DNA of 64,000 nucleotides from NCBI GenBank assembly GCA_943704425.1, contig CALSCP010002497.1, forward strand, positions 20,622-84,621, read 5' to 3'. Of the stretch, positions 31,130 to 40,864 are shown piece by piece (the first letter of the stretch is position 1; every line of letters starts with the position of its first letter). The translations under genes and the position numbers were made by a program. The stretch comes from Ministeria vibrans ATCC 50519 (lineage: Eukaryota > Protista > Filasterea). A model generated the notes under the pieces. It did not search any database and was not told the DNA's origin. It was given only the letters and a program-made list of their open reading frames with translations.

Positions 31130-31819
31130 ATGTCAAAGCTAGCTTGGCGCCATCGAGAGGTGCTTGAGCTGCAAGAGGCCGTGGCCAAGTATGGGACGCG
31201 CTGGGAGGCGATTTTGCAAAATGCTGATTATCAAAAGCATTTGGGGCGATTTTCGGTCAAGGAGATCGCACGCAAGGCCTACAGCGTCGTCCCGAACCTC
31301 GTGACGACCCCGAGCACCTTTGTTTTAAGCAAGGGGCCGCTGAGTTCTCGTGCGGCCGCGGTGCGCAGAGGAAAGGCCAACTTGTCAAGTGCGAAAAGTG
31401 AATCATTCGTTGTTGTGGACAAGAACGACGACGAGGAAGCGGGGGAGGAGGAGGAGGGTAGCAGTGGTGATGGTAAGGCCATGAACGAACGGCATGGCGC
31501 TCGCAACGATTCAAAGGGGCCGTTGATTGCAAGAAAGAGAGGTCGGAAGGCATCAGTTGGTTGCGCGGCAGCAACGGCAGGCGCATCAAAGAAGAAGAAG
31601 GGGCCGGCGTCGAGGGCAACAGCGACATCTTCAGTGACACGCAAGACGCAGGGGAAGTCGAAGGCGAGTCAGAAGCCCACCTTGAAGACGCAGGCGGCGG
31701 CAGCGGTTGCAGCTGCGCTGCAGTTGCTGAAGGAGGCACAGCAGAAAAAGAAGAAGAAGAATGCAGAGGAGACGAGTGACGATGAAGAGGAAGGTGCCAA
31801 GGACGACGACGACGACGAC

Positions 31820-31859
<40 letters not shown>

Positions 31860-32844
31860 GCGAAGAACAGTCGAGTGATGAAGAAGAGCAAAGTACCGAC
31901 GACGATGCTGATGATGATGAAGATGATGATGATGAAGAGGAGGAGGAGGAGGAGGAGGAGGAGGAGAAAGAGGTAGCGTTTTGGCCGCGACCGTCGTTGG
32001 AAGATGACTGGGTCGAGCGGTGCATCAAGTGCGGTCTTGGCGGCGAGCTTGTCTGCTGCGACGGTTGTCCACGTGCCTGGCACATTGAATGTCTTCGTGG
32101 CATAGACGTGCCCGAAGGAAGCGCTGACTGGTTCTGTTCCGTGTGTCAGACACCGCCCACCACCGAGATGACAAGGCATGACCAGGTCAGGAACAACAAC
32201 AACAACGACAACACTACGCCCACGCACACACACAATTTTTTTATTGACCGAACTTTGTACAATAGGAGACAGCCATGTCGGCAGTTGTCAACGTGTGCAA
32301 ACTGTTCCTGCCGGGCCATTTCATGTCGGTCATGGGCTCACAGATTGCACAAGTGCTTGCCAGTCGCCGTATTGCGGAACGTCGAGGGCGCGCCACTATC
32401 AACACGGGCTACCGGCGTGACGGCATGCGCGCCACAGCGGAGCTCATGGCGCTCAGCGACCCAGCACCCCGTCCCTCCTCAACCGACATTCCCGACTTTG
32501 AACTGACCTACTCCCCTGCGCAGCGCAAACAACAGTTTCTTAGCTACGGTCTCTGCCAGACAGGCAAGCGCCTCACTAATGCACAAGTACGTCTCAACAG
32601 ATAAAGACGCCACGCTACACGCATGCAGTCACTGTTTTCAACATCCCCTTTGTTTCATCATAGGTGTCGCGCTGCTATAGTGTCGTCATGGCAGCGTACA
32701 ATCGCTACATGGACATTGTAAATCGTATGGATTTGCGTCGCGCACTCACCGAAGGATTTGCCGAAATCAAAGTGCGTTGTGAGGGTCGTTATGATATTCA
32801 AGTAAGCGCCATGGTCATTCTCAAGAGAAGAATGAGAGGAAGAG

Positions 32845-32927
<83 letters not shown>

Positions 32928-34329
32928 GGAGGAGAGCCAAAATAAGTAGTAGATAGAGAGAAACAAAACAAAGAGGGGGGAGAGAGAGGGAGGAGAGCCA
33001 AAATAAGTAGTAGATGGAGAGAAACAAAACAAATCGAAAGAGATCAATCATTCATTCAACCCCTGCTTTGCTCAGGTTCCCGAGTTGGAGCTGCACGAGT
33101 TTTCCTTTCTGCGCGAGAAGGCACCATGGCTGCCACTGGTGCGGGCGCTGCTGGGCAAAGACTGCGTGTGCGTGCACTCGGGCGTAATGTTGTCCATGCC
33201 GGGCAGTAAGACACAGTTTTGGCACCAGGACGGACCGCACCTCAACCGAAACCGTCTTGTTCATCTCCCACCCCACGCCATCAATATTTTTGTGCCTCTC
33301 GTCGATCTCACGGCGCGCAACGGACCCACCGAGTTTATCCCCACCACACATTACAACTCCATGTGGGACACAGAGACCATTGAGCCCATGTCGCTCTACC
33401 CGTCCGCCGGCGAGGTCATTGCCTTTGACTACCGCATCAAACACCGCGGCCTTGGCAATTGCTCTCCAGCTCCCCGTCCCGTCATCTACATCACCTATGC
33501 CATTCCGGGTTTCATCGATGAGGCAAACTTCTCCAATAGACGCTACCGCATGACTCTGCCAATGCTCCCCTCTCAAGAATCCCGTCGTAAGCGCGCTCTT
33601 AAGCGCAAGGCAGATGTGAACAGCAACGCAGATGGCGACGACAACGACAACGGCAGTAGCGACAATGAAATCAGCGATGTAGACGACACCAAACCTGTAG
33701 CGAAGCGCGTGAAAGTCATGTGTCCTGCTCCTCGACCGCGTGGTCGTCCTCGCAAGAGTGCGTCCGCCTCAACCACCACTACAGCAGCATCAGTAGTTGC
33801 GAGTGACAAGGAGAGTGGTCCTGGTCAAAGAACCATTCTCACTCGCAACGACTTACACGCGTAAGAAAAAAAAATATCAAAGTTGTTTTTCGCTCACTAC
33901 TCTCTCTCTCACTATCTGTCTCTATCACTTTGCTCTTTCACTCTATCTCTGCCTTTTCTTTTTCTTTCTGTCACTTTGGTTATTTCTCTTTCTGTCACTT
34001 TGATTATTGCTCCTTCTTTCACTTTGATTTTTTCCCCCTCCTCTCTCTGTCTCTTTGTGTCTAACCCTCTTCTCTCTCTGTCTCTCTTTTCCAACTTACC
34101 CAGCGTGCTTGACGCGACCTTCAGTGTGTGGAACAAGGACCGCAACTGGGCGGGCATGTACTGTCAGCTGGTTCTACACGTGCACACACACGGTAGTGCC
34201 TCCGTCCCCGAAAAACTCCCGTCCAATCCTGATCTCGCAAAATGGGCCAAGACTCAACGGCGCAAAATCGCCGAAAAGACTCTCACTCCAATGCATCTCA
34301 GCCTCCTTCGCAAGATTCGCTTCCGCTGA
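31130..34329 (+). CDS. Multidomain protein (~841 aa): Myb/SANT-like + acidic tract + PHD finger + PhyH-type 2OG-Fe(II) dioxygenase + AT-hook + helicase-associated (HA) domain; exons 31130-32185, 32266-32586, 32664-32801, 33076-33860, 34104-34329
   Basis: All four GT-AG introns join the ORFs in frame (phases 0,0,0,2). PHD C4HC3: CIKC..CCDGCPRAWHIEC..WFCSVC. Dioxygenase: WHQDG, NGPTEFIPTTH, GEVIAFDYRIKHRGLGN, RPVIYITY. AT-hook PRPRGRPRK. HA pattern W..MY..L......HG...VP.......LAKW..TQR......L.......L.KI.F. Confidence 0.8.
32847..33035. repeat. (GA)n plus a two-copy repeat (GGAGGAGAGCCAAAATAAGTAGTAGAT.GAGAGAAACAAAACAAA, ~61-bp period) in intron 3 of the PHD-dioxygenase gene
   Basis: Directly visible. 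Confidence 0.9.
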
Positions 34330-34395
34330 ACACCAATACAAGACCAAAAATTACGCAAAATTAAACTCCTTATCAGCAATGTACATAATAATAAG

Positions 34396-34437
<42 letters not shown>

Positions 34438-34532
34438 TGTAATAAAATATTAATATTATTATTGATAATATTAACGTTTTTACTGGTACAATAACAAAAT
34501 ATGTTTTTTTAAAACATCATAATAATCTTATA

Positions 34533-37500
34533 TCACAAATCAGCTGAGACCTCACGCAACTCAGTGGGCAGGGTGAACGCAACAGAGCGGCGAGCCACAG
34601 GAGTGTGCACATCCTCCACGTCCGAGTCGACCGACGTGGTCTCGCCCAGCGCCGCCAACTGCCGCACAACCTGCAGGAAGGATGGGCGCTCGTCCGCCGA
34701 CTGTCGCCAGCACGCCTCAATGATCTCACGCGTCTCCTGTCCAACTTCGCCGCCAATCATCGGTCGTTTTCCACTCACAACAGCCTAAACACACATAGAT
34801 TCAGATCATTCTTCTTTGTCTATTTGTTGTGTTTTGTGCACCTACCTGTTCAATTTCGTAAATTTCCCGCAATTCTGCAAAAGGAAGTTTTCCCGTGGCA
34901 ATTTCAAAGAGAACCATCGCAAAGCTGTACACGTCACTCCCAATGCCATGGACACCCCCAGAGATCACTTCCGGCGCCTGTTCAACGAATGAAACAGCCA
35001 ATGAGTGGACGAGAGAAAGGAGGGAGTAAGAAACAAAGTGATAGAGAGAAACAAAGAAAGAGAGAGAAAAAAACAAAGTGATAGAAAGAAAGTGAGAGAG
35101 AGAAAAAAAAAAAACAAGTGATGGAGAGAGAGAAAGAAAAAAAAAATAGAGAGAAAGAAAAATAAACAAAGCGATAGAGAGAAAACAACAACAACAAAAT
35201 CAAAGGAGGTGGGTTGTGCATCTTCTGACCTGCCAGAGGAGTGTACCCAAACCCGTCGTCAGAATTTGTCCCTCGCGTGAGAGTACGCTAGAGTGAGCAG
35301 CTTCACACAAGCGAGCGTTCACTGAGTATGTCCGGCGTCCGTCGCCCCCCGCATCGGAAGAGAAGGTGTGCAGAATCCGACTCGTTCCAAAGTCAGCGAC
35401 TGCAGAAAAAACAAGTATTTAAATTATTCAAACCCCCCTCGTTTTCTTTCGGTACCTTTGCAAGTCCATTTGCGCGAAACCAAAAGATTAGGTGTTTTTA
35501 AATCTAGAAAGCAACAAAAAAAAATTATAAGAAGAAATAATTATAATTATATAAAAGGACGTCGTGAGTTTTCATACCGCGATGAAGACACGGAGGACGG
35601 AGACTGTGAAGGAAAAGCATTCCCTGAGCAGCATCGAGTGCAAAGCGAATGCGCCGCTCGTACGGCAGCGACTCAAAGGACTCTGCAAGCAACGTGTGGA
35701 GACTCCCGCGCTCCATAAGCTCCGAGACGAGAAAGGGCAGACGCGTGTCCGGGTGTCGTCCTGCTCCGAGGAACAGCACAATGTTGCGGTGCCGCAGCGT
35801 CCGGAGGTACCGGATCTCTTTTTCAAACTCACTCACGGCTGTTTGGTCGCTCTCGGCCACTACACAACAATAAAATTATTATTATTATTATTCTGCGAAG
35901 TATCTTTTTAACACTCTCCTCTCCTTTGTTTGCTACTAGTTATACCTTCAATTTTGAGTTGTTTGATGGCCACAACAAAGTCACCCCAGTCACCTTCGTA
36001 GACATCGCCAGAGGCTCCGGATGCAAGAAGTTTTTTAAAGCGGACATCGCGGTAGTCAATGAGGAAGGCACGCTCAAGCGCTGCGACGTCGGCACGCGAC
36101 TCCACAAGAAGACGCGAGTAGGCGGAGGCACGCGTCGTGTAGCGGTCGGCGCGACGGCGCAAGCGCACAATCACAACCACCACAACGACAATGACAGCAA
36201 TGGCAAGCGCGACACCAATAAAGATCCAGGGGGCACGGCAGTTGTCCGACGCTAAATAGCCTGCATTGCAACTGCACACCGCATTATAATCCTTGACGAC
36301 ACACGAGCCCTTGTTGTGGCACGCCGACGGCTCACACACTGTACAGTCATCGTCGGATGTACTCCCCAAGGACATCGTGTACGTGAGCCCGGGACACGAC
36401 GCACACTTCTCTACTCCCGACTCTGTCGAGTAGTAACCCAGGGGACACGGAGTGCACCTTTTGATAAAAAAAAGAAAAAAAAGAACATACACAAAAATGC
36501 AAACATAAATAAACACCATGAGAAATCGACGCATCCATTTGTGTTATTGTCACTTACTCGGTGAGAGAAAAAGGAGCGCCATACTGCCCGGGCGGACATG
36601 CCACAATGACCTCACGCACAAGATTGCTCGCCAGAATACCTTGCTGTGCTCCTCCAAACACAACCAGACCCTGTGTCTCGGTCCAGATGGTGTTCGCAGC
36701 AAACGTAGAGTAAGGTGTGTTGGTGCAGGGCACAAGGGTCCATTGACCCGACAGAGCATTAAGCAGGTGAATTTCCGTGAGGGGCACATTGTCTGGGCCA
36801 ATTCCACCATAGACAATCATGTTCGAGCCGGCCATGCTCGCCGTGTGGTATGTCGACAGCGGCGGTCGCGCATAGCCCGCCGATTTGGGTTCCGTGTCCC
36901 ATTTGTTCCATGAGCCCAGCGCCAAATGGAACACGTACACGTCGCGAAAGATGGGTGCAGGTTGAGCGGTTGTCTCGGCATTCCACAGACACTCGACGGA
37001 GCCACCGTACAGAATGAGCGTATAGTCGTAGGCGACCAGCGACGCACCACATCGACCCGGCGGCGAGTCAAGTGTCCCGCCTGGATGCAGCAGTGTCCAA
37101 TTGTATACTACAGCTTCGCCAGGTGTGTTGTCAATGAGCGAGAAGGACCAGAGATCGTCGAAGAGGGTCGTCTCGTTGGATCCCGAGAAGATCACCATGT
37201 TCTCTGTGACGCTTGTGCCCCTCTGAGCGACGTAGGTGGTGCTACATTGGCCAGCGCGCGCCAACGGATGTACCTTCGTGTTGATCTGAGTCCATGTCTG
37301 AAAAGAACTATCGAGAATTTGAATAGTCCATGTCTCCGCATTGAACTGATGGGTAGGATGAAGACCGCCAAAGATGGTAAACGCAGTGTAGGTGTTGGTG
37401 CCTGACGTGTAGGACATCAACTCGCCGGTGTGGCAGTAGCGCGCAGACGGGCCGATGGTGCGCGGGTTGCTGATCCTTGTCCACTGCGACAGCGCCAAGT

Positions 37501-39099
37501 CAAACTGCCACAGGTCAGAGTGAACATTGTATCTATAGGAGAGAGAAATAGTGAGGAAAAAGTATATAAATTATTATATATAATTATATAATTATATTAT
37601 TATATATAAAACAGGGTAAACCGAATCCATTTGTGGTAGGTACATACTCTTGGAAAAAGATGGAGAGACCGCCCTGAACAATGAAGAGATTGGAGGACGA
37701 GCTCTGAACAAATGCACTTGCGGAGGCAATGCGGCCGGCCGGGGCTGTGTCCACAGTGGACAGGTCTGTCCAAAGGGTGTTAGGTGACGACCAAAGCCAG
37801 ACGGTCGAGAAGATTTGTCCGCTGACTGACGCACCGCCAAAGACAAATAGCGAGTTGGCATACTTGGAAGAGTTGGGAGTGGGCGTAAGGAGCGCCGCAG
37901 ACTGACCTGCGCGCTGCGATGGCTGGGCGCCCTGCGGTGTCAGGACTGTCCAGTTGCCATTGTCGATGTTGTATGAGAGCATTTCATTCGCCTCAAACGA
38001 GTTCCCTAGCAAAAAGACACACATCAGTTGATCTTTTTTGTTGTCTTGATCCTTCCCATCGCATCTTCCTTGTACATACCTGAACCGACTCCCCCGTAGA
38101 GAATAATCTCGAGCGGTCCCACCTGAGTGAAAGATGCGCTCATGCGCCCGATGGTGCCAGTGCAAGCGTCGGCGAGCAGTCGCCAGTCGTACTGGCCAGA
38201 CCTGCTTTGCTCAAAGACCCACAGGTCATCAAAGAGAGTCAGCTTTTCGTTACGCCCACCAAAGAGAAACACGCGCGACTGTCCAAAGAGAAATGACGAC
38301 GCCATGGCGTGGTAGGCGCGCGCCTGTGGACGGCTCGTCACGTTGGCGGGCGACCATGCGAGTGTGCGGCTGTCAAAGAGCCACGTTTCGTTGCACACGG
38401 TCACAGGCAATGATAGGTTACGTTGACCACCAAACAATACCAAGACGGAGTCGCTGAACGTGGCGGCCGCGTGTGCAAAGCGAGGCGAAGGCGCATAGCC
38501 GGAAGTGTGATGTGGGGTCCACGTATTGCCAAACGTAGAGTAAAGCCATGTGTCTTGGAACACTGTCTCCGAGTCCCGTCCGCCAAAGAGCACACCCACA
38601 GACTCCACCTGGTTCCCAATCAAGCGCGTCAGAGAGGACGAGTAGCTGCAGAGAACAGCAAACAAACAAAACACAATCATTTAGCGAACTTTGACCAGTG
38701 TCTTTGATACCGTCCAGGAGGGGGGCTTTGGCCGGCGTCGAGCACCAGATACTCCCAGGTATTGGAATCGGGGGAGAATCGCCCTGTAGTGGGACGAGAA
38801 GCGAAGCGTATGAGACGATCAGGTGCGTGTTGACGCAATGTGTCATCTTGCAGTGCCGTACAGGTGTCATTGTAGCTCTCCGAGTAGCCATTCCAGCCAC
38901 CAAACACCATAAAGAAGGGAATTGAATCACCGCCCGTTGAAAGAAGCGGCATCGACGACGACGCGGCAAAGCTGCGAGCAGATGGGGCATCCATATTATT
39001 GGTCAGCGTCCACCAGTCATTCAATCCGCTGGGGCCCGTCACCAACGACGTCGCAGTCGCAACAATCGTCAGCACAAATATAAACAGCACCCGTTGCAT
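34533..39099 (-). CDS. Single-pass receptor kinase: signal peptide, ~12 Kelch repeats, Cys-rich (GCC2/ephrin-receptor-like) repeats, EGF, TM helix, TKL kinase; multi-exon
   Basis: Signal MQRVLFIFVLTIVATATS; 12 hydrophobic-GG-type Kelch motifs; CPPGQY/CPLGYY; CHNKGSC..CSCNAGY; TM WIFIGVALAIAVIVVVVVVIV-RLRRR. Kinase motifs VAIK, HRNIVLFLG, HRDLKTPN, DFG, GTLLWQAPE, SDVYSF and CW..S..ERPSF are assembled over GT-AG introns. Confidence 0.88.
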
Positions 39100-39241
39100 C
39101 GCGAAAGACGAGAAGCTAATAAATTAATGAAAATGTACAATTGACAGAATTGTACCTATGAACTTGAAAATTGAATAAAACTCAAAGTTTCACAGTTTTC
39201 TCGCAGAAGAAGTATCTCATTATCTCCAACTCGAAAAGAAC

Positions 39242-39943
39242 ATGTTTGGCTGGCTCAGTGGACGTGGATCAACCCCTGCAGGCGGCGCGCCCCGTGGCGG
39301 CTCTCGCGAAGAGTCATCCCACGTGGAATTCTCGCCCGACTCCGGTCTGCTCGACGACAACGACCAGCCCACAGCGCCCTCGGCCACGGCCAGCGCCCCG
39401 GCGCACGTCGAAGACTACAGCTCCAATGACAGGCTCCTGAACGTGCCTGGTAAGCAGCATGCGCTCCCATTTTCCGCTCCTGTCGACTTCCACAGAGGAC
39501 ATCGTCAAAGGTCAGGAGAGTGCCCGATTCAAGGTAGACAATGAGAGAGGCGAGAAACACGCACTGTTGNNNNNNNNNNAGCCCACCAAGAAAAAAAAAA
39601 AAAAAAATCGCACTTACTCTGTGTGCTATTCGCCCTCTGTGGCCCTCTGTAGTGAACCCGTCAACACGAGGATCAACATTGTCGCCGTATGCGTTCGATC
39701 CGATGCATATGTCGCCCTTGAATGGACAGGGTGGACTCGAATACGTTTTCCCTGACAATGCGTCGGGCCTTCGTGCGCCCAGCTGGGGCCAGCGCCTCTG
39801 CTACGGTACGCCTCTCCCCGCCCACCTGTCCACCCCTTGTGTGTTATTCCGCTCTCCGCATTCACGCGCGTCATTCGTGCCCAGGCAACTGTGCGCGTTG
39901 ACTCGACACCTTTTAATCATTTGTCATGCGCCACCAAAACTAA

Positions 39944-39980
<37 letters not shown>

Positions 39981-40387
39981 GTCTTTTTCGCTTCGGTTTG
40001 TCCCTCGTAACAGGCACCGGCGTGTCGTATCTTGCGGGTCTCACTACCGGTACCGTCTGGGGTCTGCGTGAAGGGTTGCAAAATGCTTCTGCGGCGCAGT
40101 CAAGAAAGCTGCAACTCAACGCAGTGCTCAACTCGGTGACGCGTCGTGGACCCTTCCTGGCCAACTCGCTGGGCTCCGTTGCGTTCATCTACAACGGCAT
40201 CAACGGTGGCTACATCTACTTCACCGAAAACAACACACCAGTCAACACCATTGGCAGTGCCATCATCACAGGGCTGCTCTTCAAGAGCACCGCCGGTGTC
40301 CGTGCCATGGCGCTCGGTGCCGCCATGGGTGCACTTCTATCCACTGCCTTTGTCGCTAAGGACTTTGTCGCTGCAGATATCTTCTAA
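39242..40387 (+). CDS. TIMM23: Mitochondrial import inner membrane translocase Tim23
   Basis: LSPYAFDP, LEYVFPD, WGQRLCYGTGVSYLAG, GLREGL, KLQLNAVLNSVTRRGPFLANSLG, GLLFKSTAG. Confidence 0.93.
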
Positions 40388-40567
40388 CTATTCCACACGC
40401 ACACACATCACAATTGTACCATCACAACTTCCTGTAAAACTGAAACATCCTTTTTTTTCTCTGAAAATTTACACTATAACAATGGAAAAGGAAAGAGAGA
40501 GGGAGGGGAGGGAGTGAAGCACAAAAAAATAACAAGACAAACCAAAAAGAAAATAAGATGCAGGGAT

Positions 40568-40822
40568 TCATGTAGTGGATGAGGCAGGGGGGAAGACCTC
40601 GTCCTTGAGCTGAGGTAGGAACTTGCTTGTGACAGTCCAGGTAAGCAGCCAAAGGTCTTCGTGGCGATGGATGGGTGTTGCACCCGCACTGTGCGGGTCT
40701 ACCAAAATGTCTGAGGTTTTCATCACCAGAAGCACGTTCTTCATCGACTCCGGAATCGCCTCCGCCTACAAATTGGATGTAAGTAATTTATCGTGCAAAA
40801 GAAAACACAGTAATAATATTAA

Positions 40823-40864
<42 letters not shown>

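Noticed and set aside
34533-36070. Receptor tyrosine kinase call
   Set aside because: The catalytic loop is HRDLKTPN and subdomain VIII is GTLLWQAPE, which indicates TKL rather than TK.
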